Shown here: one piece after another, positions 1 to 14,468 of the stretch
Numbering within the stretch: the stretch's first letter is position 1
How the letters are laid out: each line of letters begins with the position of its first letter
Assembly: GCF_009914755.1 (NCBI RefSeq)
Contig: NC_060929.1
Length of the DNA: 64,000 nt
DNA from: the human T2T-CHM13v2.0 reference genome, Homo sapiens
Direction: 5' to 3' (one strand)
The notes under the pieces: model-generated
Told to the model about the DNA's origin: nothing
Databases searched by the model: none
The model's input: only the letters and a program-made list of their open reading frames with translations
Translations under genes and position numbers: made by a program

Positions 1-2467
1 TCCCTTCTGGAGTATCTATTTGACTTGTATATTTGGTGATTGTTATTATCCGTGGGAAATACCGGGTATTGATATTTGGCTAGTTTCCTTTTTGTAGTAA
101 TTTTAAATTTGTATTAAAGATGTTTCTCAGAGAAACGACTGCTTTCAGCATTCTCAGAAGGCGCAGAGCTGCTGACTATGTGTAAAGGGTGACAACATTC
201 TATGGCTGAGCTTCTAAGGTCCTTTGGGCTTGAGAGCAAAAAGCCGGCAATGCTTTAAAGTGCTGGCTGGTAAAGCAGAGCCTGAGAGGGGGTTGGAGAC
301 CATTTGCAAAATGGTCCTGTGGGTGCCCACGCAAGGGCTGTCAGGGAACGTGTGCACAGTTTGAGGGCTGGCCTGCCTCCTTGCTATGATAACCCATCCA
401 TGGTCACTCCCTCCACGCCGTTCTACACTCGCTTTTCTCTTCTGCTCTCACCAATCAACAGGTGACTATAGACGTTGCCAGGTTTAAGAAACAGATTTCT
501 TGTGGTTTATTTTCTTAGCTGAATACACAGTAAGACCTTGATATATTTACATTTTGTCACTAGTTTTATAACATCTAGATCACATTCACAAAAATCATCA
601 TAAAATGTGATGGATGGTGTATATGGGCAGTTTTGTTTTAAGAACCGATGCCTTTTTCCTAGAAGATAAACGAACCACAGCTGAGCATCTTTAGATTTGT
701 GCTGAGTGATTGCTAAAAACATCTTGCCTGGAGATTGGTTTTCGATGGAGAATTAGAATCAGCCCTTTGAATTTCAGTCATGCGAATCTTCTCCCTTTGA
801 CATTAATGAGGCACGGGTTACAACTAATATTTACCAGTTGAGTGATAAGAAAATGAGAAAATACTCTTAGAAAAGGTCTAAGAATATTTTAAGCCATCTT
901 TCTCTGTCTAGACTTGTGTGTTTAGTCTGTTGTGTGTAGAATTATAGCTTAATTGTATGTGCCTAGAATACATCAACTGCTCTATGACAGGGAGTAATGA
1001 ATGTGTTTTCAGCCCTGCTCCAACCTTTAAACAATAAGGCACACAAATATATGTTCTAGCGGCATTCAAGGGGCTGACTCACCCTCAGGGAACCTGCAAT
1101 TTCAGAGGGACAGCCGATTCTTTATCCTCATGTTTTCTGTGTTGTTTGTGTACACGCACAGGTCTAGGTACTTGTCCCCATGCCTGTGAGGCTCTGCTCA
1201 TCTTTCCTCATTGCATCATCATACAAGGTTATAGGAGAAATCGTGGTATGTTAGAAGAAAATGACAAATAGAGAGCATTATATTCGTTAAGGTAACCAGA
1301 TCTCTGTTTAATATTCCTTGAGGTCATTGCTGCCTGCCTGGGAAGGAGAGTCCCATTTTAATGCAAATCCCTAGCCTTTCTCCCACTTGCCCCGTGCCCT
1401 GAGCCCTCCTGGCCCGGTTGCAGGGAACAGAGTGATCGGCAGCTCCTCATGCTGTCCGCTCTCACCCCAGTGCTCCCATTGAGACTTTGCCGCCCAAGCA
1501 GCAGACAGCCCAGTCACCCCCACCTGCATCCTTTTCTAGCGGTGAAAGAGCCAGACCTTCCAAGGAGAAGATTAGAATTTTATAGTGTACGCAGCATAAG
1601 GCATAATTCCTGCAAGCTTTACATCTTGGTCAACTTTCAAATTTCAGGATTCTTTATATCCAGATCCTCACATACAAGGGAATTTTTTCCCTTGGTGCAG
1701 GTGTGGCCAGCAGAAAGGAATAAAATGGCATTTCACTGCCATGTTCAGGCTTCCTCATTCCTCAGGGTAGTTAATAATGGGCTCTTTCAGACCACCCTAG
1801 AAATACCTATTCATCTCACTTTTTTTTTTTTTTTTTAAGAGTGGAAAGGATGTTTTACTCTGCTGACTGTAATGGCTCTCACGCAGTTCCTAATGGGCAC
1901 TGTGGAACCACTCAGCATAGACAGGCATAGGCAGGAAGGTAGCAGAAAATGGGCTGCCTGGGCCCAGGAGCCATTTTAGGAGATGTCAATAACCCCTCCA
2001 TTAAACCCAACTAAGTGCGTTCCACGACAGCTGCTAACCAAGGACAGCACCTCATGCTGAGTGTCACTGCTTTTGTCTTCATCTCCAGAGACCAAAGAGA
2101 GCTCATGATTTTTGTTAGTAGAGTTTTTTTTTAAAGGTTTTTTTTAAGTATGCAGCAACAGCAAACCATCAAGCAAGCACAGTCTCTTTGCTTTTTCTGC
2201 CTGCTTTTTGGTCTTCCTCTGGGGCAGTTTGTTCAGCACCTATGGTAGCCTACTAGAAATAATGGTGGAAGATGAAGAATAAAGCATAAACTAATAGATC
2301 ACTTTAAAAGTGCCAAGTAATGTTTTTGAGTGCTTATTAATAAGAAAGCAACTGTAAGGGAATATTTGGAAGAATGAAGTATTTCCCACTGTTTATAATT
2401 TTGTTGGGAAAATAAGTCATTCACAGCTTTAAAATTCACTGTGTTTCTCAACAAAGAAAGAGAGTTT

Positions 2468-3108
<641 letters not shown>

Positions 3109-5454
3109 GTGAGAGTTCTCTTAATTTGCGAACTGTGTATATGTGTCAGAGAGAGAGAAAGAGAGAGTGTGTGTGTCTAATTCCTAAAGAAGAAAGGGGT
3201 GAAAATGGAGAGTATAATAAGCATTGCATTTTGATTGTTCAACCATGGGTTTAGTCACAATGACAAAGGTTACCCAGGTACCAGCACCCCACTCCCAGCT
3301 GCAACCCAGGACTAATTAAATGCTACCTAGGCAACGATCAAGTATCCCCAGACATCATACTCCAGGGCTTACCCCTTTTGTTTTCTCGGCTGTGATCTAA
3401 GGGTAATTTCTATTGCATGTGAAGTCAGATTTCCTTGGTCTGAGAGAAACGTGAGAAAGTAAGAGGTACTCTGGGGAAGCGCACTTAGTGCACCACAGGG
3501 ACTGGAGAAATTAACATAAATACAAGACAATAATAATGTTATTTTAATAAACTCTTCTAGGTTAAAGGATTGCCTATAGTCAGGACTGGTGAAATTGATG
3601 CTTATAGAAAATGCAACAAGAGCGTCTACATGTGATTTAAAAATAAAAGTAAGTAATTAGGAATGAAAATTGAAAAGCTAGGGTAGTGTTTTATTGAATG
3701 TGGCTCCTCTCTGCAGTTGTACCGCACCTCATTTGAAACACTCAAGCTGAGGTTGCCTCTCAAAATTGCTGCCTTGCATTCCTGAGGGGTTAAGACGAAA
3801 TATGAACATCCTGAGGACTGTCTTTGTTGTCATAGAGGGAAGTCCTCTAAACACGCACTTTGCCATTAATCTGGCCATTTCTTTCTCAATAAAACAGGTT
3901 TTCAATGGGAGCTGTGAGTAAACACGCCACTGTTGAGCATTGTGGCTCAAATTCAGATTTCTTGTTGGCTTCTCACGTGGATAGTGCGAGGAAGGAACAG
4001 CTATTCCCCTGAGGGAGCAACACGTTTTTAGTGCACCTGGCCCCAGGAACACTGCTCTACATAGATGTGGCTTTTTGGATCCTGAAGTGTATCCATCAAT
4101 GGGAATGTCACATTTGGAGAAGTTATCCTTATTGCAATAAAATTAAAGATCAAATAAGTTCTGGAACCCAGGCGAACAATGCTTCCTTAGTGCAGAGCCA
4201 TTTTGAGCAGTTGTCTCTTGTGCCTTTTAAAAACCTCTCACTTGGAAGTTTTGATGTGTGAAAGATGTGAAAACTGCCTAAGAGAATTCTTCCTCTTTTT
4301 AATGGAGCTCGATGCCTGTTTAGGGATGATGTAGCAACCGCTTTTTTATCTAGAATTCCAGATAGTTTCCCAGCTCAAATACTAGGAGTTTTTGGTGGTG
4401 CAATTCAATTGAAAGTGGTATTTGGTGTGAAGTTCCAGCAGCCCCACAAGATGCTCAAGTGCCTTGTAGTTAGTTTAGTATAATGTGCATATGTGTTTGT
4501 GTGTGTGTGTTTGCATACATGAGAGAAAGAGAGAGAGAGAAAACCTTATCTGTTCTCATCTATTATAAAGGAGACAATCCTTTCATTTTATATGGTATCT
4601 CCTTTTGAAGGTGTCCTGTTAGTGTCCTATTATCAGCCAATCTGTCATTAAATATTTATGTTCCTGCAGCAAGGCACAGTTCAGTTCCTAGCTCTGCAGG
4701 CCATAAGAAGACTTGTAAGTAAATCCTGTCTTCAGTTGTTTACAATTGAGTATGGAAATAAGATAACTAATGAAACAAGCCAGTCTATAATAAGTGCCAA
4801 ATGAGAATTTTGCAAGGAGGTCCTTCTGTAAATTCTATTTGTTCAGGCTATTTTAAAAAAATCTGTGTGCATAAAAAAAGCATTAAAATAATATTATCCA
4901 TTGCAAATTGGGGCATAAATGCAACAGATCCTAATGCACTGAATCATCTTTGTGACCAGGGAATTTTGAATCCAGCCTGAATTAAAATATTTCCTAGTTT
5001 GGAGCTACATTTTAGATTAAGCCCATTAATTCAATGATGAAGAGTTAGAATCGATAATTTAAGAATTCACCCTTCTGAAATCATGTGAGAACAAAACTCC
5101 TGACCTGGATGTATAAGCTTAATTTCAAGATTGTCTTTATCTTTGAGTGCTGGAAAATTGTCCATTGGCAGACTCTGAAGACACTAGGGAAGAGATTGTG
5201 AAAGTGAAATGTTTTAAGGAAATAAATGTGAAGTAATTGTTTCACTGCCCTGAGGCTAGAATGGGTACTTTGGAGAGTGTCTGATTCAGCTGTCCCTGTG
5301 TTGAGGGAAGCAGGGAGGGGACACCAATTGCAAGCTGCTTTCCAGGACCCTTCCCCCTCCAGAGAGACCAGGAAGCCTGACCTAGTGCAGCAGCTCTGGG
5401 CCACACCTGAGAGCATTGTTGCCCATGGTGCTCCCTGAAGAGCTGCTGTCAGTC

Positions 5455-5803
5455 CTTTCCTTTTCTGTAAAATAAAGGGATTAGGCTAGATCAGGTCATC
5501 TTAACTTTGTTCTGCCAGCCATTAGTTCTGCAAAACATCAATAGTCAGTGGAAAAGAATTTCATGGTGACTTAAGTTTGAAAACTGTGACATACTCCATC
5601 TAATTTTTTGAGGAGGCATAAATTGTATGTGTATAAACTTGTTCAATTTTGTCTAACCATACATTTCCTTAGCCTATTTGACTAGTCACTTCTATCACCA
5701 CTCTCTCCCATGGATCTAGATTCCTGTAAAACACAATCTGGGAAAGGATGGATTAAATGATTGCTGAGTCCCTTCCAGTTTTTTTATTCCATTATTCTAT
5801 GAA
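5455..5803. mobile_element. MIR3-like SINE apparently interrupted by an old hAT/MER-type DNA element (about 5492-5747)
   Basis: MIR3-like TCTGTAAAATAAAGGGATTAGGCTAGATC, resuming as GGATTAAATGATTGCTGAGTCCCTTCCAG...ATTCTATGA; the insert has MER-like ends. Judged by eye. Confidence 0.4.
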
Positions 5804-6695
5804 TTTTTACTAAATTGTCTCATCACTCGTATGTAGATGGGAGCTTGTCTTACTTCATTCAGCTTACAATGGCTTTTAATCCAGGCTTTAAAATATCAAT
5901 GAAAGAATTTCATTTAGAAAAAACTGCCTGTCCCATCCATGAGTATTCTTAATTTTAGGAAAGATGCACAGCTTTATGACACTCAGGCTGATTTCCCAGT
6001 TTGGGAATTCTTGGCCCTGGCTTTTCCCACCTGTCTTTACCTTGCAGACAAACCAAACAAGACAAAATTTAATCATGTTTGCACAATGTCAAACACTTGC
6101 ATAGAGACTATCCCCAAAGTCAGCTCATGGGTGTTTTATCTTCACAGTGCCAAATAGGAAATAGCTACATATGTTTCCCATTAAAATGAGAATTTCCATG
6201 TTGGTATCTGGTGTTGCATTGAGCTTCAGGTTAGCTGCTTATTCACTGATCTTTGGAAGGAGGCTGAAGATTGAACCTCAAGAGTTCTAGGGATTATCTG
6301 CAGGTTGAAGGTGTTAAAAGTCCCAGGCACATTGTTTGTTATCGCTAACTGCGGATGGCCTGAATTTTAATAAGCATGGTCAACTGTGCATATCTTGTCA
6401 TGTGAACTACCAATTAGCACACCATAATTTAGCAAGTTAGTACATGCAGATATGAACACCCTTGGGAAGGAAGCAATTTTCGAATCAGATTATTACTGAC
6501 AGTGTACAATTTACATGCAGGTAATCATTATCAGAAAGTCATGATTATCCAGAAGGAAAAGTGATTTTTGTGGTAATGTATCTTTGAATGGCTGTTGATT
6601 TTTAATACCTTTAAGGTAAAAACTTCAATTTGTTCCATCCCTAATTTGATCATATTTGCAAAAAAGTGTTAATTCACTCATTAAAACCTAGGCGT

Positions 6696-6803
6696 CTGAT
6701 GGGTACAGCAAACCACCATGGCACGTGTATACCTATGTAACAAACCTCCACATTTTGCACATGTATCCCAGAACTTAAAGTATAATTTTAAAAAAGTTAA
6801 AAA
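6696..6803 (+). mobile_element. Severely 5'-truncated L1PA 3' end (about 108 bp)
   Basis: CAGCAAACCACCATGGCACGTGTATACCTATGTAACAAACCT...CCCAGAACTTAAAGTATAAT plus A tail; TSD AAAACCTAGGCGT (6683-6695) / AAAACCTAGGTGT (6804-6816) at a TT/AAAA endonuclease site. Confidence 0.9.
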
Positions 6804-7821
6804 AAAACCTAGGTGTGATATTATGTGTTTACAACAAAGCTTACCAAGTATTCTAAAATAACAGAAAGAAATAATTTATGTACAATAACAACATTAATGA
6901 TAATATATCCATGGATAATACGTTTTGGTTAATCAAATATTCTAGCTAATTGAGAGTTGCCAATAATCCCTCGTGGGATTATTATTTTTCAAAGTTGTAG
7001 AATCCAATAATACAGTCATTTCTTTTACACAAACACCTAAAATTTATCTAGAATTAACTTAGAATTTCCTAAACCAAATTTATACATTAGCCCAAGATAT
7101 ACTTAAATTATTTATAGAAGACATGAACTTACAAATCTGTTGTTTCTTCTCCCACCCAAATAGAATAATATCTTCAAAGACAGTCTTTTTTTAAAAAAGG
7201 ACATATTGTTCCCCTTAGGTAGATACTGGCATTTTATTGAAATATAGTTCAAGAGACATGCATTCAGGCAAGATGAGTGCACACCGTGCTACCTACTTGG
7301 AACCCAAACTCAGAACAGTAGAATTGAATCTTCCTTGGAAGACTCAGGAGGAAGATCATCTCTCTGTGCCTCAGGGTCCTCATGATGAACCTATTGGTAA
7401 TTATACTGTAAACATGAGGGTGTGCGGATTAGTAGCAATTTCTTATCACTGAATCATTAGTGAGCAAACTATTTATTTTGAGGTGGTGTCCTCAATACTA
7501 ATATGATTGTGCTTCAATATAGAACAAGGAATATCCCTGGATGTTATAGTCCTTCTGAAAAAGAGTCATTGATTGCAGATATTGTTTTAAAAAAAAAAAA
7601 AACACTCAAAACTGCTACAGAGAAAAAAGAAAGTGTGAAAAAAGAGACCATGGCTATCTTCTAGGTTATTCGAAGAAAATACCTGAGTTTGCAAGTATGC
7701 ACTAGCTCACTGCATTTGCACTGTCCTGATGTGCATACAGTGGGGTGCACCCGCCTCTAAGTCCCAACCATTTTTTTCTTTCTACTTCCTGTATCCCCTT
7801 GCCTATGAAAACATAATTTTT

Positions 7822-8130
7822 ATTTTATTTTATTTTTTGAGAAAGGGTCTCACTCTGCGCCCAGGCTGGAGTGCAGTGGCACCGTCATGGTTCACTGCAG
7901 CCTTGAATTTCTGGGCTCCAGTAATCTTCCCACCTCAGCTTCCTAAGTAGCTAGGGCTGTAGGCACATGCCAAGGCAAACAACTAATTTTATATTTTCAT
8001 TTTTAAATTTTTGTAGAGACAGGGCCTTGCTAAGTTGCCCAGGCTGGTCTCAATCTCCTGGCCTCAAGCAGTCCTCCTGCCTTGGCCTCCCAAAGTGCTG
8101 GGATTACAGTGTGAGCCACTGCATTTGGCT
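7822..8130 (-). mobile_element. AluJ
   Basis: Full antisense dimer; TSD GAAAACATAATTTT (7807) / GAAAACGTAATTTT (8131). Confidence 0.9.
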
Positions 8131-8424
8131 GAAAACGTAATTTTTTAAATAGACAATTGCCTTCTCTGTTGCACCATCTCCCTCCAAATAAGCTAATAAA
8201 CACAAGAATCCAACCAAAAGGTAAGAGAGATGAGAAGTGAGATTTTTTTTAAAGGCTTAATCACTTGTGCTTTAAGATTTATCTGGAATATCTTTAGATC
8301 CTAGGAAGAGACAAGGTTGTCTAGCTAATTGTGTAGCCATTTACATGTACATATGTAATTGTATGTGTGTGTGTATGTGTATGGCTTTGTTTTTATATTG
8401 TATCAAAATGTATTTCGCTTTTCA

Positions 8425-8782
<358 letters not shown>

Positions 8783-10164
8783 CTATGGGTTTACCTCCTT
8801 TCCTTCCGTTGTTTTCTCTTTGGTATCCCTCACGCGTTTTCCCCTCTCCGCTGCAGTCACCTATTTCCCACTTGTTTTTCTTCTCTCCTTCTTCTTTTTC
8901 TTATTGTGTCCTCCCTGCCACCAGTCACAGGCTTGTGGTCTACAAATAATGCTGGTTTGGGTTTATTTTAAAACATCTAACATGAGATCAGTGCCTGCTT
9001 TTTAAAGAAGCATTACATTATGTATTAGTTATACAAATTATTAGACAATGTCTTATCTTTATTTTATTGTTTTACACATAGAACAGAGACTATTTGGAGC
9101 CTTTGGAATAACATTCCAGCGTATAAATATAAATGAAATAGTTTGGCAAATTAACTCTCTCCAGGGGTCATCTAGAAATATGATTCTGTCATCAGATAGA
9201 AATTCTATTGCTAGAGTCCTTTAGCCAGCAAATGGATTTTCTATGCTTGGTGAGCAAATTCATCACAAATTTGAAGCTAGTTACAAATAAAATAAAATAA
9301 AATAAATTAATTAAAAAGAAATTTTAAAAATCCCAACTTACAGTTTAAAAAGAAGAAAAGTGGAAAAAAAAAACAATGAACAAACAAAAAGACGAAAGGG
9401 CTTAAATTAAATAATCATAGGGATACATTGTTTAATCTTTCCGAATTCTAACTTTTCAGAAATGGCTTTTTCCCAATGTCAACTGAATCATAAGAAAAAA
9501 GGAATGCAATTATCTTTTAACCATCGAAATAGGGAGGCCTTAGGCTAATTAATGGCCCTTGATAAAGAGCCTTAGAATAGTGCCAGGCATGTGGGCTTAG
9601 TATGTGTATGACAATGAATGATGAGGTGTCATAGGCTTGAGAAACTAAAGTTAGCGCTTAGGTTTGAAAAATAAACTGCATAAGAAATCTCACATCTTTT
9701 ATTAATTATCTATATTGCAAACAATTTCTTTGTTGCAGATTTCCTTTAAACATTAAGATGTGGTAAAGTGTTTATTTACAAAAACTATCAATTACTTTTC
9801 AGAGACTTGGCAGTCTGGAAGCTCTGGTAAAGAGCCAGTGTCTTGAACTCCATGGACAGAGCACTTAAGGAATGGAACCGGGGGCAGAAAATCTGAGCTT
9901 TAATCCCAGTTCTACTGCTAAGTAGATTTGTGCCATTGTGGACAAGTTGCCTAGCATTTATGAACTTCAGTTTTATTATCTCTAAGGTCCTATTTATATT
10001 AATATTCTCTCATACAAGTGAAAAAAGTCATTCAAATAATGTTTTTTCAAAAAATAGTTTACATATAAAGTTGGCAAACATAGCTGATGTATAAACCAAG
10101 ATGTGTGGTTTTTCCAGAAAGTTTTTTGAGATTCTTAGGACACAATTACTTGCTTGGCTGAATA

Positions 10165-10440
10165 TACTCATTTCACAAATATATTGTTTGTCTAATGGGA
10201 TCTGGTAATGTGTCAGTACTAAGGTTAATAAAAATAAGCAAATGAAGACACAGTCCCTATACGGTCTCCCATGGAGCTCTCAGTCAAGGTGAGGAGACAG
10301 ACATTGATGAAATAGTCACACAAATTTGTATTACAAGCTGTGCTAAGTAGGAGGGAAAATAATATGGTGCTATCTAAATATGTAAAAGGAGAAACTGATG
10401 TGGTAAGGGGTAAGTAAACTTTAGAGCTGAGATTTATGAA
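10165..10440 (-). mobile_element. L2 3' fragment
   Basis: Degenerate antisense L2 3' region (CATTTCACAAATATATTG...ATGAAGACACAGTCCC...CATGGAGCTCTCAGTC...GGAGACAGACAT). Confidence 0.6.
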
Positions 10441-11479
10441 GAGTGCTTTTTATTTTACATTTAAGACATTGGACACTGTATTTTTCCCTTTTTAAAAATT
10501 AATTTTATTATTATTATTTTCCCTTATGTTTCCTTTTTAATACAGCATTAGCAATTCAGCCTAGTTTTATAGGTATAGAGTACGCAGATTTATCCTGGAC
10601 TTCATATGGATCAATGTGAGGTTATAATAGCACATTTCTGAGGAAATAGGAACAATCCAATAGAAGTGATTCTAAAATATTTTCATAAGATATTCTTATA
10701 AGGATTCCACTACTCTGCTCTGAGTTAAGAATAAAGTAAAAGAAAACTATCTGAATATTTATTGGCCTCTTAAAAACATGGGATTGATGACAAGTTTTCT
10801 GGGCTGCAAAAATTCTAATGATAAATAGAGAAAGGAAAGCAACCAACATTTCTGAGATCAGAATGGAAAGGTTTGTGTTGTAACATAATTAGGGCTCCAG
10901 AGTGCCTATAGAATCATAGTTTATGTCCATGGTACTTAGAGGTTCATTCAATACCTTCCTCCCAGTGTCTTCTCTGTACTTGCTTATGAGTTCCTCACCT
11001 GGTCATTGTTAGGCCAGTCATCTCTCAGAGTGTTTGCTTTCTTCAGGCCAACAGTACGCAGCCTTCTTGCATCACGTCTGATTATCTTTCATACACCATT
11101 TACTTTTTGGTTGAAATGTCCACTTCTTTTCTACCATGTTGATTGATATCTCTTGGTCCTATGTGATGAAGTATCTAAAATTTCAACTTTTGCATATAAA
11201 GATACTTCTATTACTTGGAGGATATTACTGAAGCAAATAACCTGTATATTATTTAGAACCAGTGGCCCTTGTTGGAAAAAATAAAGCCTGCCTTCACCAT
11301 TAAATCTAATGAAGAACAGATTTTCTTGTTCTATGTAGTATTTTACTTGAAGGTGTTCATAATTCAGTTGCGAAGTAATTTTCTCAGTAGCGTGTGCACA
11401 AATCTCAGCTGATCTGAATCTATCTGAAATTAAAATACGGTGTAAGGAAATGTTGAGATACAAGTATTTTTCATTAATT

Positions 11480-12650
11480 TTTTTCTGAAATGCTCTGAAC
11501 CCTTTCAGCCTGGAGACTTTTTTCCGCTAGCAAAGTTCTTTCCCATGTGCTCTTATCATTGTTTCTCTTCCTGTTCTGATTTCAGCCTTAAGAATATGTA
11601 TAATTCTTAAAATGGAACTTCTTAGATCTCATCCTCCAACTCATCATTTCCTCTTCGATCTTCTTCTGTGTATTCTAGGAGAACATTTCACATTTGTCCT
11701 GTACATCACTGGGTCAATATTCTGCAGGATTTGTTCTGCTCTTGAGTGCCTTAAATGCAGATTTAAATTCTGCTATTGCATTTTGTATTTCCTTGAATTC
11801 TTTTGTTCATTCCACTGGGGACTTCTTTCTAAATCTCTGCCTGTCATTCAGCCCACCCTGTTTTTATTGTTCTCTGTCGTTTCATAGTGGCAACGTCTGC
11901 ATCTTTTATAGGAGCCAAGTGTCATTTTCTAAAATTTTATTTTGTTCCTATGGAAAGTCATTTTTAGAGATATATTTTTTCCACCAAATCTCAAGACAGT
12001 GCTCATTTTTCCTTGTGCTGCAGAGTCTTTTCAAAGGTCCCATTTAGAGCTCTGTTTGTTTCCTCCTTCCTGTATAAGAAGGAGGTTCAGGAATCCCTGA
12101 AACTCCCTGTCCAGGTTCAGCATTTGCCAGCAGAGGGTTGTAGGGACTCCTTAGCAAGGCTGCCCACTTGGGAGCTGGCAATTTTACCCGCTCATCTAGA
12201 ACCTGGAAGTCAGGTTCAGGTGTATAACCTCCACCCTGGGTCCATGGTCCCTGAGCAGCCATGCATCTGGCGTGGGATGCTAGCCTGGGAAGAAATAGTC
12301 TGTCTTTACTGTCCAAGTTTCTGCCTGTAATCCTAGAGAATTAGATAGAACTTGCATTTCTTCTTTGTACAAATATTACAGACCATGACCAGCATGCACT
12401 CCTCTCCAGGATCCTCCTGCCTCTGCCTGTACTTACAGGTGTTTTTCCTGAGACAACTGTCCAGCTCAGGCTGTAACGCAGAACAGCTCTCTCCTCTACC
12501 CCCAGCTCTGTTGGGATCTGAGGTGAGGCGCTGGAGGCGGGATGGAGAGCAGTGGAAAAGGAGGTATCTGATACCCTGCAGTAAGCTTCTTTTTCCTGTC
12601 TTGCATCCTAGGATTAGGGGCAGGTATTTGAAGAGTGTGTCAAAAACTTT
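11480..12650 (-). mobile_element. Ancient L1M (L1ME-like) 5'/ORF1 region fragment
   Basis: T/C-rich sequence resembling antisense old L1 ORF1 and 5' UTR (CCCTTTCAGCCTGGAGACT, ATGGAACTTCTTAGATCTCATCCTC); boundaries uncertain. Confidence 0.45.
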
Positions 12651-12744
12651 CCAACCTTCTTTGAGTCCAGCAGAATGGTAAAGCGTGGGGGCCCAGGAGC
12701 TACAGTGGCCAAGTTCAAATATGGGCTTCACCTCATGCACAAGG

Positions 12745-12830
12745 TCTCTGTGCCTCAGTTTCCTTATCTATGAACCTACTTTACAGAGGATTTATGAAAA
12801 TTCAGTAGCTATAAGGCATGTAAAGTGTAG
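12745..12830 (+). mobile_element. MIR core fragment
   Basis: CTCTGTGCCTCAGTTTCCTTATCTATGAA...GCATGTAAAGTG. Confidence 0.65.
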
Positions 12831-14319
12831 AAATACATTTTTAAGAGATGTTTAAATAACAATGCTTTTACAAAATACAAAGACAGTCTTAATAATGATT
12901 AATGCTTTTAACTTGCCATTCAAGGAAATGAATAAGAAATGTTGGTAAAGCAGGAAAAGCTGATTCATCTTGACTCAGTGTTCAAACCAACTGTACCATT
13001 ATAAAGTCTACAGTATTATTCAGCCATAATTGGTTCAGGATTATGGTTTCTTTGTAGCATTATCAGTTCTCTATACTTGAAGTTCCCAAGAGCCAAACAT
13101 TTCCATTTTTCTTTAATCAGAATCTGTCACATTTCAAAACTCCCTTTCTTCTTTATGGATATTGTGGAAAATCCCTTCCTGCAACCTCCAGCTTCCGCCA
13201 AAAGTGTCACATGCATTCTTATTGTCACTATGTGAACACCTTATGAATGAGGGCTTTCTTTTTTAACTTTAGTTTTCACATGTTTGTGAGTGAGAGTTTT
13301 GTGTGTGTACATGTTGTCTTTTGTGACACCACAGTTTGATTTGATTGAAAAAGAAAAATGCAATTTTATTTAAATTGCTACTTGGGGATATAAACTTTGT
13401 ATCAGAACATCAAGCCTGAATCCATGGTCAGTGAAGTCCTTTGATTTCTGCTCCTTTTAGTATTGTCGCAGCAAGACTCCCTCACTGCATTAGTGGGTTC
13501 CATTGTATTTCCAAGGAGGGCCCAGTGAGAAGGGCTTGCCTGCACCTCACGGCCACCTCCCTTCTTCTGCAGGGTAAGCCTTGTAATTACAGCAGACATT
13601 ACATTTGTCTCCAGCTTCTAGGGGATGATGTCATTGCATGTCAAACAGGGGATTAGCATGAGGAGAGAAGTCCTATTGACATTTTCATTTTCATTAAGAA
13701 TTTGGTTTTGCTTCATTTTGTTAACGGAAGCTGTTGTCTTACCACATAGGAGAATTTTTTTTTTTTAAAGAAAACTTGAAAACGTAGAAGCAGGCATGTG
13801 CTGACTGCATGAATAAAAATATACTCTGTAGTGGCACTCTATCAATTAGTGAAAGCGTCTGGGACACAAAGCATGCCTGGGAAATCTCCTCCTTTTCTTA
13901 CAAAAGCAGAATATCATTCTTCTCAAAGCTCACAATGGCCTGGGCCCTGCTGCAGAAAATGTTCCTGAAAAAGGAAGGCAGAGACTTGGCCACTGCTGAG
14001 TAGAAAAGGAAGGCAGGCGGCTGGTCCCATCAGACCTCTGAAATATTTTGCTTTTTCGTGATGGCATTGATCTAGTATGTCTTAAAGTCTCATTCCTTAT
14101 GTCTCAGGGTAAGGCTCTTAGTTCCCTTCCCATATGAAAAAATTAATCAGGAGCGAGGTGGAATCCTGATGTTTCAGATGCTTTGAGCCCAGAGCTGAGT
14201 TGGTGGAAGAGTATAATTTTTATCAGTCATTTCCAGCCCCTCCCACAATAGGAAGAAAATCATTGTCAGACTTGGGGTAGGGAGTTGTGGCCTCCTTTCA
14301 AGCAATCTAACAATAACCC

Positions 14320-14468
14320 TGAGTCAGAAAATCTAGGTTCAAATACCAGCTCTGGCTTTTACTGGGCTATGTAACTGTAGGCAGCTTATGGGATTGCTCC
14401 GAGCCTTAACTTTCTCATCTGTCCAATGGCATTAATTGGCAATAGTACTTGCATCTCAAAGGGTTATG
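14320..14468 (+). mobile_element. MIR fragment
   Basis: GAGTCAGAAAATCTAGGTTCAAATACCAGCTCTG...TTTCTCATCTGT...GGGTTATG. Confidence 0.65.

Noticed and set aside
1361-1368. Octamer ATGCAAAT motifs (also near 36333, 36609 and 53463)
   Set aside because: A few isolated 8-mers are expected by chance in 64 kb of AT-rich DNA; no supporting context.
9286-9390. Tandem AATAAA and A-rich tract suggesting an intronic poly(A) site
   Set aside because: It is an (AAAAT)n microsatellite in A-rich sequence with no clear GU-rich downstream element, and prone to internal-priming artefacts.
11312-11332. AGAACA...TGTTCT inverted half-sites resembling a glucocorticoid response element
   Set aside because: The spacer is 8 nt rather than the required 3.
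11612-12740. Cluster of overlapping 90-135 aa ORFs
   Set aside because: They lie in what appears to be a decayed L1M fragment; no coherent protein or exon structure.
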